DNA of 64,000 nt from the human T2T-CHM13v2.0 reference genome, Homo sapiens. Position numbers and translations under genes: made by a program. The notes beneath the pieces were generated by a model. That model was not told the DNA's origin. It was given only the letters and a program-made list of their open reading frames with translations, and did no database searches. The number at the start of each line of letters is the position of its first letter. The first letter of the stretch is position 1. The stretch lies in the NCBI RefSeq assembly GCF_009914755.1, contig NC_060934.1, one strand, 5' to 3'. Of the stretch, positions 24,801-37,400 are shown one piece after another.

Positions 24801-26539
24801 TTAAAAGCTTTTTTAAAATAAATGACTAAACAATATTTCTCACATGGAAACTTATCCTCGATGTCCAAGTGAAGTTATTGTGAGAATAGGGGTTGTGGTG
24901 CAAAAATTCACTCTCTAGAGAACACAGCTGTTACCACCTATAAAGAAAGCGAGGTCTCCACTCACAAAGGAAAGCAGCAGGAGTATGTGAGATGTCGAAG
25001 GAGAACGTGGAATGCCTAAGTAATAAAACAGACACAGAAAACTTTCCATCCCCACGGTAAGAGAAGCTTTGGCAGAGTTTGCTCTTCAGCCTCAGACCAA
25101 CAGAGCTCCAGCATCCAAATGCTGAAGAAGCCAAGAATGTGCAAACTATGCTCTCTCAGAATAATAAGAAGAAGAATATTCCCTTCTCCTCTGGGACTCT
25201 TCAAATGTTTTGAAGTTTCTGACACTCTCAAAAACATGCAGAAACCGCAGCCTGAATTTAGAAACCTCAGCATGGTGGTATGTGTGGTATGAGTTCCAAA
25301 TTCTCGACAGCCCTAGAAACCTGTTTCTAGAGGAGAAATGAAAATACCAGGCACACTGATGCAGCTTGTGGGTTGCTTTATTGCTTTATTTAGGGTGGCA
25401 GCTCGGGACTGAGGGACCTGGGTCTCATTATCTATCAGCTACCTCCCCACTCACATTTTCTGCAATTGACATCATGCACAATGAGAGCCACCTAGCTGGT
25501 AAGAGAAGGCTCTAAAGACTACTCAGAGGGTTATGCGGGAGGGAAGAGGAGGAAATAATATGAGCCCATCCACTTCCTCTAAACACTGGGGTCGAGGGCT
25601 GTCATGGATCACCTGCACGGATATGATCCCCGGCCTCCCTCAGCACCAGCAGGCTAAGCCGCTGTCACTGCCTGACCCCCTAACCCAGTCAATACCCAAC
25701 CATCAAGATCACAGTCCTCAAATGAGCTCACTTTCAGTAAGGTACCGTGTTCGATTTTTCTTTGGACAATTTTATCTGGACGATATCTACCATGACTTAA
25801 TTTTGTAGCCAATGTATACACATTAAAATAAGATGAAAACAATACTTTCTGGACCTCATGCAGTTCTAATTAATATAATTCCATATGGATTTATGGATAC
25901 CAGTTGTGTTCTAGACACTGTTGTAAGTCCTTGGAATCAGGCAGTAAGAATATGAAAAAAGAGACCAAAATGAGAATTATCTCCAGAAGAGAAAGCACAT
26001 CCAGCCTGGAATATGTCCTTACAGGTTGGAACCCGTTCTCTTCCAGATGCCTTGAGGCTTCTTTAACTTTACTCTTTCTCATAACCACCCAGAAAGTGCA
26101 GGGTTGGAGACTCAATGGTTGATCAATACATTTATTGAATGAAAATGACAGGCCCTACAAGTAGTTTCTGGAAGCCCTGCCAACATTTTCCCACCCTGGG
26201 TTCTGGTACTGCTCCCAGGCTGTGTGGCATTGACTAGAGTGCTTCAACGGCCCACTGGCCCCACACAGCTGGTGCCTGGGGCCCAGGGTGGATCCATGAG
26301 TTTGGGCAACTCCTCCTCATTCCTGGAGCTCAGTTTCTTCATGTGTAAAATGAAAGGATTGAAGAAGATTGTCTCTAATTTCCCTTCCAAGTTCTAGCAT
26401 TCTGTGATGCCATGTGCACCCCAGTTAAGTGAGAACTGCCCTTTGCTATTCATGGAGGCAAAAGATGTCACCCTCCTCCTCGTTACTAACATGGCCCCAT
26501 CTTGTCCAGGTTCCCACTCCTTCTCCACAGTGTCTTGCA

Positions 26540-27033
26540 CCTCAGATAAACTGACCCCATTCCCTCACCAGCTGGTGGGTCCTGTCTAGTTTACATCAGG
26601 GCATTCCCATTCTATTGACACTGACTGATTTGGAGCCAGGCAAGTGGCCTGGTTTTGGTCAATGAGAAAAATGGGAGAAGTATCGGGGGCTTTGGAGAAA
26701 GATTTTCTCTATATATAAAGTCCTCACCAGAAGAGATGGTCCCTGCCTTGACTCTGGACATTGCCATGTCCAGATGTGATGTCCAGAACCACTGCAGCTA
26801 TCTTGCGGCCATGAGAGAAATCAGACTTGGTATAAAGCTGTCACTAAGGACAGTAGGGTGAAGAAAAGAAAGGGCCCAGGGCCTCATCCACATCACTGAA
26901 CCACTGATCCATCCATAGTGGAGCCTTTCCTCCCCCAACTCTGTTCTCTTATGGGAGATACATTTCCTTACTGTCTAAGCCAATTTGAGTCAGTGTTCTT
27001 GATCATTAGTAATCAAAAGCATCTAACTAATGT
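26540..27033 (+). mobile_element. Old MaLR LTR (MLT1J/K-like)
   Basis: gatgtgatgtccagaaccactgcagctatcttgcggccatgag...tttccttactgtctaagccaatttgagtcag...aaaagcatctaactaat. Confidence 0.75.
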
Positions 27034-28654
27034 AGTGGACCCCCAATTTGGAAAGAATGAAAATATTCTGAAACACTCAACACTAAAACTACTGTACACA
27101 GTTGAATCTTTCTAATGTCTGAGAAAATGCTCTACAACACTATCTGGATGGAGGTTACCCTTTCAAATAAATGCCTGACATCCTTTCTTTCTCAAAAGCC
27201 AATAGCATCCAGATATTTGCACTTTTCGGTTGCTTGGTTTCTAGACAAATGTTAGTGGCCCGATCATTCCTACAAGAAATGGCACTGACTTGCCCTTCTC
27301 CATGGAGACGATGAGCACAGCCATGAACTCAATTCAAAGAGCAGCAGAAGAGTCAAAAGTGGCACCTTGAAACTGAATTCTCTGTTGTGTTGATTTTCTG
27401 AGCTTTCAAAGTGTTATTCATTTTTTTCTACCTGTGAATGAATCCTTGATTTCTCAATCTGCCTACTCGCTGAGATAGATTTCAGCAAAATAACAGTAGA
27501 CATGGGTTTCCTTCTCCTCTCTCTCTCTCTCTCTTCCCCCTCTCCAACTTCCCATCCTCCCTCTCCATATCTCCCCCTCTCTAATTCACCAAGGTAACAA
27601 AAGAAACAATAATTAAGTCAATGAGCATGCTCGCATGTGCAACAAAAAATACCTCTCTTATTACATTGCCATTTCCTTTTCAAATCCTTTGGGGGCATTG
27701 TGTACAAATATAGTAAACAGCATTAGAGGGAAATAATGCCGACACATACTTCTGGGAGCTCGTCATGTCCCTTTAAGACAAGGCCCACTGTTCAGTTCCA
27801 TTCTAGGCCACAGCTCGGGTTTCAAGCCCAAGGTCCCCTTACTGCCTCATGCAGTATTAATATGGCCCTGGCATACTCCCAAATTTACATTATGAACCAT
27901 AATCTGGGCCAGCTCCCACAGGACGAACTGGCTTGGGGCTCCCCTCTTCATTTCCCCAGAGGGCCTTCTCCCCATCCATAGCCAGGCCACCCCCTTCCCC
28001 AGGGATCCCCCACTTTCAGCCTCAGCCAGGGGAACACACAAGTGCTTTTCAACAAGTAGTTAATTCCCTAGCATGGAGTATCATCTGTGGGGGCTGCTTA
28101 CACAATGGCAGAGGAATTGCGCTGTCCTGCAGGCAGTCACAGGGGGAGAGGGGAAGAAGGCACTCTCAGACATTAGAGCCAGAGCCAACTCAGGGTCACT
28201 TCTGTGGCAGGCCTGAAAGCACCACCAGGATGTCCAGGCCAGGAGGTCCCATGGGCATACCCAGATCTGCTGAAGGAGGCCTCTCTGTCTCTTCTCTGTG
28301 TCTCTTCCTCTCTCTCTCCCCAGTTATAACCAGAAGGCAGGTGCAATTTCTAGAAGAGCCCATAAACCATTTCCATTTATTAAAAGAGAAAGAAAGAGAG
28401 AGAGCGAGAGAGAGGTGAGGCTGGTGGGGAGTGAGGAGGAGGCACAAGGAAGGAGTGCAGAGGGGAGGCAAGGCAAGGAAAGAACACAGGGTGGAGGGTG
28501 GCTGAGTGGGCCCTGGTGCAGCCCTCATCCCCAGGGGCTGGCTCGGGCTCCATGCTGTGCGCACAGCCTCCAACCACCATCAGGAGGCTACAGGCTCCAT
28601 CCAGGATGTTGTCTATGGGACTCCTGTCTCTGAGGCACCATGGGGTGTGTTGGG

Positions 28655-28850
28655 GAGAGACTGCACTCTGGACAGCCTGTCTGGGTTCAATTCCCAGACC
28701 CTCTACTCACAAGCTGTGTGACCTTGGGTATGATGCTTAACCACTCTGTGCCTGCATCTCCTCATCTGAAAACCAGGACCAAGAAGAGTGCCCACCACCT
28801 GGGGTTGCTTGTGAGGATGGAAAACAGGACCTGGCACAAGGTGTCTAGCC
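28655..28850 (+). mobile_element. MIR
   Basis: tctgggttcaattccc...agctgtgtgaccttggg...ctctgtgcctgcatctcctcatctgaaaa. Confidence 0.85.
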
Positions 28851-28939
28851 CATGCCTCAGAGCTTGCACCCAACAGAGCAAGTAACAAGGTCAAGGCAAC
28901 AACAGAGGGTGGACCTGAAACACATCCTCAAGAATCCAG

Positions 28940-29780
28940 CAATTTCCTCAATAAGTTAAACACAGCATTACCATAGGATCTAGCAATCCCATTCCTAGGC
29001 ATATACCCCAAATCAAACACAGGCCTGGCACAGTGGTTCATGCCTGTAATCCCAGTACTTTGGGAGGCCGAGGCAGGCAGATCACCTGAGGTCAGGAGTT
29101 TGAGACCAGCCTGGCCAACATGGTGAAACCCTGTCTCTACTAAAAATACAAAAAATTAGCCGGGTGTGATGGCGGATACCTGTAATCCCAGCAACTCGGG
29201 AGGCTGAGGCAGGAGAATCGCTTGAACCAGGAGGCAGAGGTTGCAGTGAGCTGAGATTGTGTCACTGCACTCCAGCCTGGGTGACAGAGTGAGAGCCCAT
29301 CTCAAAAAAAAAAAAAAAGAAAAGAAAAGATACCAACAAAAGCTCGTACACAAGTGTTCATAGCAGCACTATTCACAATAGCCAAAGGCGGAAACAACAC
29401 AGATGTCCATCAACTGATGTATGAATAAGAAAAATGTGGTGTGGCCATGCACAGAACTAAAGGAACGGAGTACTGCTGCATGCCACAACACAGGTGAACC
29501 TCAAGAACATTATGCTAAGTGGAAGAAGCCGGACACAAAAGGCCACATATCCTATCATTCTACTCATAGGAAATATCCAAATAGGCCTCAAGAAGCAGCA
29601 AGCAGATCACAGGTTCTCAGGCTGGATGGAGGAGAGAACGGCAGTGACTCCCCATTGGTCCAGGGTTTCCATCTGCAGTGCTGGACGGTTCTGGAAGTAA
29701 GTAGCACAGATGGTTGAACAGAATTCTGGTTGTATACTTAAAATCTCACAATGGTCAATTTTATAGTGTGTATATTTTAC
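28940..29780 (+). mobile_element. L1MB 3' end, interrupted by AluSx
   Basis: aagttaaacacagcattaccataggatctagcaatcccattcctagg...gttcatagcagcactattcacaatagccaaa...aattttatagtgtgtatattttaccataat. Confidence 0.88.
29022..29330 (+). mobile_element. AluSx-like
   Basis: Full two-arm Alu with A tail. Confidence 0.95.
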
Positions 29781-31759
29781 CATAATAATAAAAAAAAAGA
29801 ATTCAGAAAGGGCACAGCACTCAGACTCTTCTCCCCTGAGTCCTCTCACGTGGTGAAGAGCCAGGCAAAAGGGTTGAGGGCATTGTTGTTATGCACTAAG
29901 TTCCCCCACTGTGTTCCTGCCCTCCCCTCTTTTTCCCCCTGCACCACTCTGCCTGTGGTTTCCCAGCTCACCTCTGGGCCTTTCCTGTGCTATTCCCTCT
30001 GCCAGGAGTGCAGCCCCTGCCACCCCAGCACCCTCCCACCTCAGCCAGCCTAGCTCCTCTCAGCCCTTCAAACCCAGCTCAGCCCCTGCCTGCTGTAGAA
30101 GGCTTTCCCTTGTTAAGATCTCCTCCTCAGGGCTCCCACCTCACTCCCCGGCACCTACCCTTTGTCAAAGCACCATGTTCTGTGCATGCTAGACAGAGCT
30201 CCCCACCTCAGCTGTAAGCTTCTTCCATGCAAGGGCCAGATCTAATTTACTCTTATACCCTTAGAGCCGAGCACAGAGAAATTATATAAATAACAAATGA
30301 GTTAAAACTACAGACTATTATCTAGAAGTCATGAGATAGGAAAGAAAAATTAGTTATGAAGAAGGGACTCTCAATTCCTAGATAACTTAACCCCATTCTC
30401 ACCCCTGATCCCAGAACCTCTCCAGGGAAAAGAATGAGGACACCCCAAGCAGAGAGTGACCAGGCCAACCAAGAGCCCCCACGTGGGCCTTTGTCAGGAA
30501 AGTCAGGGGCTGAAGAACCATGACATCCTAATCCCAGTTTGGAGTGGACAGCCTGGCCTTGGATTCAGTCTCCGCTACTTTCTTCAAGGGAGCCAAGTAC
30601 TAGGCTCTCCCCACCTCTTACCTCATTCAAACCTGCAGAGGTAAAAGCCACCTTATAGAGGAGGAAATTGAGACTCCGGGAGGTCAGGCGCATGCCCCGA
30701 CAACAAAGCTAATAATGTTCAACACCACAGGCATCTGAGGCCAAAACTTGTGACTTTTAAATTCGTTTCCTCTTCCTCCAGCAGTGTCTACATGGTTGCC
30801 TCCTCAATCTTCTAACTAACACGAGAAGGCCAGAGACACAGGCAATGCTAAAGGACAGATCCTTGTGGTGCTGGACTAACCCACCGAATGCAGCTGGGTC
30901 CTGTTCCAAAAACTCACTTCAAACAATGATGCTATTGACCAGGATAGACAGAGGGACAAGGAAAGAGAGATCCTTGGGGAAAGACACAAAATGATTCATC
31001 TCAGCCACTGTGCTCAACTACTTGTGTGGCTTTGAGTAAGTCCAGGTCTCTCTGGGGCTTTTTAATTTTTCCCTTTTGTAAAAAAATTGTCTAAGTCTAA
31101 CATAAAATGCAGTAAATCATCTCCAAAGTCTCTTCTAGCTCTTAGGTTCTAACACTATTACAACTAACAGCTTCCCCAGAAGGATCTAGAAAAAGTGGCC
31201 ATCTTGTCCACATTCACTTAGTGCAAGTCACGCCTAGAGCAGACAGCGTTGCCTGTGAGGGTGATGCAGTGCACAAAGCTAAGTCACCATCACCTTTTCT
31301 CTGGGAGCTTCTTATACCAATGCCCCAAACATTCCTTGTACCAGGACAGACACAAAGAGAAAGATGCATTTATTCTGCTCCCACCACATGTTCTATAGGA
31401 GACCTGTAGTGTAGGTCTCAGTAGTACTCCAAATTCTGTCATTCTCTCCCATCTTCCTGATTTCTGCCCCGCCTGCCTGCCTGCACTAATATTCAGTGCA
31501 TATTATCCTTGAAATCAACTTGAAATTGTCTCGATTTTTTCAAATTAGCATTGTCCTGGGCAATAATATCTGTGAAATCACGAGCTCTGATGTACTAGTT
31601 CTATTTTTCCACAAGTGTATTCAAATACACAACTATAATAAGAAATTCGTCTGTGTCCCTCCTCAAAGCATCTTGCATCCCACCAGCATTGAGGTGTGGC
31701 AAAACACAGCAGTAGCTCACTTAGTCTCCACCAGCAAACCTCTTAGGCCAAACAAAGCT

Positions 31760-31890
31760 GTTTCCTACCATTTTAGAAAAACCGAGACTTGGGGAAGCAA
31801 GCGTTCAAGGTGACGCAGCCAGAAAGCACCACGCGGGGCTTCAAACTTGGGTGTGCCTGATTCTAAGTCCCAAGTCTTTGCCGCTCTTGT
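31760..31890 (-). mobile_element. MIR
   Basis: cattttagaaaaaccgagacttgggg...caaggtgacgcagcc...ttcaaacttggg...tgattctaagtcc. Confidence 0.7.
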
Positions 31891-32283
31891 AAGCATCCAG
31901 CTTGTCTACAGCAGATGGGGGTGAATGAAAGTCAAGAGATTGTAAATAATGCCAATGACCTTTATCACCTATTCTACTTAATCCTGTCCTAAGAACTTGA
32001 CAGCAAGATTTTCCACGATAATCTGAAATGAGAGTAATTCATCTATGCATAAACAAAGCTGACAGCCAGCATACTGAAATGGACAGAAGGAGAGCACTGT
32101 ATGAGTCCAGACCAGTTAGCTCCCTGGGCAGGTGCCCCTCACCCACGCCAGCAAGGTCAAGGTTTATTCCCACTCCAGGCAACGCTGGGTTCAAGCTGTC
32201 CCAGTTCAGAGGCTGTACCACCGACCCTGCCAGCGCTCCTGCAAATGCACAGCTTAGTCACAAGGGACTCCGGCTGTGCATGT

Positions 32284-32296
32284 GCGTGACTCAGCA
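32284..32296 (+). promoter_or_regulatory. Overlapping XRE core (GCGTG) and consensus ARE/AP-1 (GTGACTCAGCA)
   Basis: Exact motif match tgtgcgtgactcagca; function untested. Confidence 0.35.
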
Positions 32297-33399
32297 CACA
32301 TCCCTCAGCCCTCCAAGGAAAACAATGACAAGAGCACATGGGATCAGCAGTGTCATCCGTGAACACAGAAACACCCGGCCCTTCATGCATAAACCCACCA
32401 AAGAAAAGGGCTTCCAACCTAGCCTGGAAAATTCAAGAACTGGAAGGGCTGGTGCTCAAAGTCATCTGGTCTGACCCCTCACAAGACAGCAAGGAAAAAC
32501 CAGAGCCAAGAAAGAGGCAACAAGGGACTTGCCCACGGGCACTCAGCTGTGTCAGTCCAGGGCTAAAAGGAAGTGCCCCTACAGCTTCCTGCAGAGTCAG
32601 CAGCCCCAGGCACAGTACTTCTCTCTGCCCACGTGGCACTGAGGAAATTGCCAATTACAGAGCTATGCCCTAAATTCAGGAATCAATAAAGTGTAAGTGG
32701 AGAGCCCAGTTACCCATATGAATTCAACAACAACAAAGAAAAATGAAGAGGAAAACTACCCAGCTCATTATCTCTCTGAAGTGTTTTCCAGTAACAACTC
32801 AATACGAATCAGAAATAATCTCCTACGAGAAGCAGCAACTGGGGGGAAAATGCACTGAACTGTGCTTGGAGAAAGAAGGGGCTGGCCATGCATTCCAGCA
32901 CGATGAGAATCCCCCCGTGTGTCACGCAATATGCCAACTGCAGGAGGATCCCCCAAGCAGGCGTGTGCTAACACGTCATTTGACTCCAACACGAGATGAC
33001 TTTGAGTTCCCAATGATGTGCGCAAAAGGGACAGATTCTCCCCGCCAGTACAGTGGGCTCTCTGGACCTTCTGACCAAGCCAGGAAGGGAAGAGGTTGGC
33101 AGCAGATGAGGGACTGACCAGCGAATGAAAACACAGCGATGCCAGATGCAAAGGACACTCCTTGGGTGGGAAGGAGGTAGGGTTGGTTTATTTTTTCCCA
33201 GACTTTTTCACTCATTTAAGCCTGGAGAATACCTCCCTCCAAATTTTATCCAAGAACCAGCCAATGGCCAAACCCCACTCAAAAGAGAAAACATGAACAC
33301 TAAAATATTCCATGTACTGAATATTTTTAAAGCAAAGTTAGGATTTTCTAGGTTTGTTTCCATGGGGGAAGAGGGTGGTAATTAAATGATTTACAGAAG

Positions 33400-33540
33400 A
33401 ATTTTACAACCTCTTCATTTTACAGATAAAGCAAGCAAGACATAAAGAAGCAAATGGTTTTTTCAAAGTAACCCTGATAGTCAATAGCAGAACCAAAACC
33501 AGAATGCAAGTGAAAAAATCCAGATTTGCCAAAACCTTCC
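33400..33540 (-). mobile_element. MIR
   Basis: caacctcttcattttacagataaagcaagc...aaccaaaaccagaatgcaag. Confidence 0.65.
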
Positions 33541-35336
33541 TATTGGCTCTATGAGAGACTAACTTCTGAGTCCGGGCTATCCTGATGATACTGACAGGGT
33601 CCCCAAAAGCTATCATGCCTCTCTGAGTATGTTCTCTTGGCAACCTGAAATCACTCTCTTCCTTAGCTCCTCTACCATCTGTAATTAATTATTCTATAAC
33701 TTTTATTGAAGACTTTCTCCCCTGCAATAGTAGAAGCTCTACTATTATGCTGGGAACATAATAAATGTTTGAAAATATTTGTAGAGTGAATGCATATGTA
33801 TTTCTGACATATGAACACTCGTGCATTCAACAAACCAGGGCTGACCATCCAGGGCATGACAGTGCTTTCATCCCTCAGTGTTGCTAACATGCCCAGTGTT
33901 GAGACACCCCAACAAGGTCATACTACACATGCAGGGGATTCAACAAGGTCAGACACAACCAGAGCCCCAAGGAGCAGAGTCTACTGGGCAGACTAGCCAA
34001 CACACAGAAGCGGCTGCATGACACAGGAGAAAGGGCACCCGTGAAGCTGGAGCTCCGGGTCTAGTTTCCCTTCCCTAGTCAATGATTACATGACTTAGGA
34101 CAAATCATTTAACTTCTCTAGAACTTGTCTGCTTCATTTGCAAACACAAGCCAAACAAGAGGAAGGCAGGCATCCCGGGAGGAGGAACAGTAAATGTTGG
34201 AAGTAAAAGCCCTAAGGATCCTAATCTCCTTGAGTACAGGGACCAGTCTTTCTTCCCGCATCCCACCACTCTTCCCCAGATTTGTGTGCCAGGCTCTGCC
34301 CCTCCCCCACCTCCATCACTGCCCGGCAAGAGTCACCAAACTCTGACAGCATTATTCTTCCAGCCACTGACCTCCAAATATCCCTCTGATAAAATCAAAT
34401 CCTAACAAAGGAGGATGAACTCCCCCTGCTTAGGCTTTGTGGGAGAGAACTGCCTGTTGCTCATTGGTAACTCAGGGCAGAAATATCAGAAGGATGAACT
34501 GTGGGGAGGCTATAAATGTGTGACTGTTCCTTACCACCTCATGGCCACCTGTACTGTCTCTATAGAGCCAAAGCTCTAAAAGGTACTCATTTGTCTTAGC
34601 TCCATGCCTGAATGTTCTACTCCTGATTACAGAGGGAGAACCCTTCCCTCTCTTGCTCCATCTATGCCAAAGCTGGCCCACTATGCTGCTTGGTGCTGGC
34701 CTCTAGGCCAGCAGCCCCTGCCAAGGGCACACTTGAGCCAGGCAGCCAGGTAACTCCAGGCCAGGCTTCCCCCTCAGGGCGTTACCAGGCTCCTCCCCAG
34801 CTTCTCCCTAGCCTGGCAAACATCCAGCCCTATGCTCATCCCAGAAACCTAAAGATAAAATCATTAGGAAAACTTCTAGCTCAGAGATGATTATTGCTAT
34901 GTTATTTATAATAGCCAAACAGCAGAAACAGCCTAAATATCCTACACTAGAGAAATTATGGTGCAGCCATACCAAGTAGAATGTAGTCATAAAAAGGGTT
35001 TACATAGGAGATGTTTGTTATAGTAACTGGGAGGCAGAAGGCAGCATACAAAATTGGCAGAGGGTACAGTCAGAGCTAAAGAAGTTGAAATAATTTAAAA
35101 AATTGGTACAAGCAGGCTTAAAGAAAATGCATCAAACGATAACCAACTGGTGTCCTAGGAAGAAACTAGATACGAGGTCCTTTCTCTATCCACGTTTATG
35201 TGTATTTATTATAGCGAAGCATAAACATTACCACTGAAAAGCATCTCATTTTTCCTGAAGGAACCTAATATACTCAGGAAGATCAGGGATTTGGGCATCA
35301 AAAGTTCTGGGTTCAAGGTCCAGGTCTATCTATACA

Positions 35337-35492
35337 ATAGGCACAAAAATACAGGTAGATGGAAGGAATAAGATCTAGTGTTCAGTAGCACAACAGAACG
35401 ACTACAGTTAATAATAATTTACTCTACATTTCAAAATAGCTAAAAGAAAATATTTGAGATGTTCCCAAAACAAAGAAGTGACAAACGTTTGA
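35337..35492 (+). mobile_element. Isolated L1MA 3'UTR fragment
   Basis: aaatacaggtagatggaaggaataagatctagtgttcagtagcac...acaaagaagtgacaaacgtttga. Confidence 0.88.
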
Positions 35493-35512
35493 TCAATGTT
35501 CTTTCTGTTTCC

Positions 35513-35721
35513 AGCCTACAATCTATACCTACAACCCACAGCCTACAACCCATACCTACCATTTACAGCTATAACCTACAGCATATAACTACAAACTAAA
35601 ACCTACACCCTGTACCTCCAACTTATACCCTGCAACCTACAACTGCAATCTATACCATATATACCTACAACCTATAACCCATAATCTACAACCTATATCT
35701 ACAACCACACCTACAAACTAC
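35513..35721. repeat. Degenerate (ACCTAC/ACCTAT)n low-complexity repeat
   Basis: Recurrent cctacaa/cctata/ctacaac units over ~210 bp. Confidence 0.8.
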
Positions 35722-36054
35722 AGGGATGCTATAAGGGTCGTGGAGATTCACCAAGTGCCAATCTTTACATGAATATGTTATATGAAGGTGGCGCATGAAT
35801 TATAATTTCTTAAATTCTACACACATGCACACACTCCAGTAGCAACCACACATCAGTTACTAAGCACATCTTAATTCCAGAAGGACGCTCTAACATCCCA
35901 AAATACTCCAACCAGGGCTCAAAAGTCAAAAGGTCCCACCATTGACTCCTGTTCATCTACCCCACATATCTCAGGACTCATCAGATTTGGTCCAAGAAGT
36001 TTATTCCCCTCCTTCCGAAAAATACGGATGGAAGTAGTTATAATTCAGTTTTTT

Positions 36055-36895
36055 AAAAGACAGCTATTATCAAAAAGTCTGAAAATAACAAATGCTGGCA
36101 AGGAAGTGGAGAACAGGGAACATTCATACACTGTTGGTGGGAATGTAAATTGGTACAGCCACTATGGAAAACAGTATGAAGGTTCCTCAAAAAACTAAAA
36201 ATAGAATTACCATATGATCCAGCAATTCCACTGCTGGGTATATACCCAAAAGAAAAGCAATCACACAGAAGAGATCTCTTCACTCCTGTATTTATTGCAG
36301 CACTCTTCACAATAGCCAAGATACGGAATCAACCTGAGTGTCCATCAATGAACAAATGGATAAAGAAAATGTGGTACATATACACAATGAAATGTTATTC
36401 AGCCATACAAAAGAATGGAATTCTGTCCTTTGCAGTAACATGGATGGAACAGGAGGACATTATGTTAAGTGAAATAAGCCAGGCACAGAAAGACAAATAT
36501 GACATGTCCTTACTCATGTGGAAGCTAAAAAACTATCTCATGGAGCAAGAGAGTAGAATGGTAGTTACCAGAAGCTGGGAAGGGTAGTGGGGAGGGGATA
36601 TTAAGAGGGATTGGTTGATAGGTGCAAACATACAGGTAGATAGAAGGAATACGATCTAGTGTTCAGTAGCACAACAGGGCAACTGTAGTTAACAAGAATT
36701 TTTTCTACATTTCAAAATAGCTAGAAGAGAATATGTGGGATGCTCCCAATACAAAGAAATGATAAATGTTTGAGGTGATGGTATCCCAGGTGCCCAGAGT
36801 TGATCATTACACATTGTGTGCTCACAGCAAACTATCACAGGGGCCTCATAAATACATAAAACTATTATGTATCCATAAAAATTAAGACAAAGAAA
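36055..36895 (+). mobile_element. L1MA (L1MA4A/5-like) end of ORF2 plus 3'UTR
   Basis: aacaaatgctggcaagga...actgttggtgggaatgtaaattggtacagccactatggaaaacag...ggataaagaaaatgtggtacatatacacaatg; degenerate ORF2 C-terminal peptide in ORF 36348..36587. Confidence 0.95.
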
Positions 36896-37139
36896 GGAAA
36901 ATGCACTGGCATGTGTATTTTGCGGAATTATTTGGTTTGGCAACTACTCTTTGTCTAGAGATGGAGTTTAGAATTGTCCCTCAGGTTTGAGGCCACAGTT
37001 CCTGGCATCTCGGAGCAGGAGGACGCCAGCATCCTTCTTGTTAGAATCAGACAGCATGGGCTTTCCCAGAGCTTACTTCCTGCTGTGGTCTTTCTTCCCA
37101 GTGTTGGGAGAATTCCCTCACTTCACTGATCTTCAATAT

Positions 37140-37400
37140 CCTCATTAGTGACAGTAATGCCAATATTTTTATCATTTAGAATGTGCTAGATACAAAGCTA
37201 AGGGCTTCATACCTACGAACTCATCTATTCTGTGCAACAGCCTTACTATGAAAATAACATTAGGTACGTTGACTGCCTCCCCCAGGTAGAGATGAGGAAG
37301 TAGAGGCACAAAGAGGTGAGTAACTTACTCAGGTTCCCACAGCTTGTGGGCAGGATGTTGGGGTTGGAATTGGGTACTCTGTCTCCCGCACTCTGATATG
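37140..37400 (-). mobile_element. MIR
   Basis: agatgaggaagtagaggcacaaagaggtgagtaacttactcaggttcccacagct. Confidence 0.8.

Noticed and set aside
26753-26787. 9-bp hairpin tctggacat/atgtccaga plus a direct repeat
   Set aside because: Lies inside an MLT1 LTR whose consensus is already quasi-palindromic here; the stem is short.
36053-36587. ORFs resembling database 'hypothetical proteins'
   Set aside because: Decayed L1 ORF2 C-terminus and its antisense frame. Alu-derived ORFs elsewhere (e.g. 9269, 41532, 53446) are rejected for the same reason.
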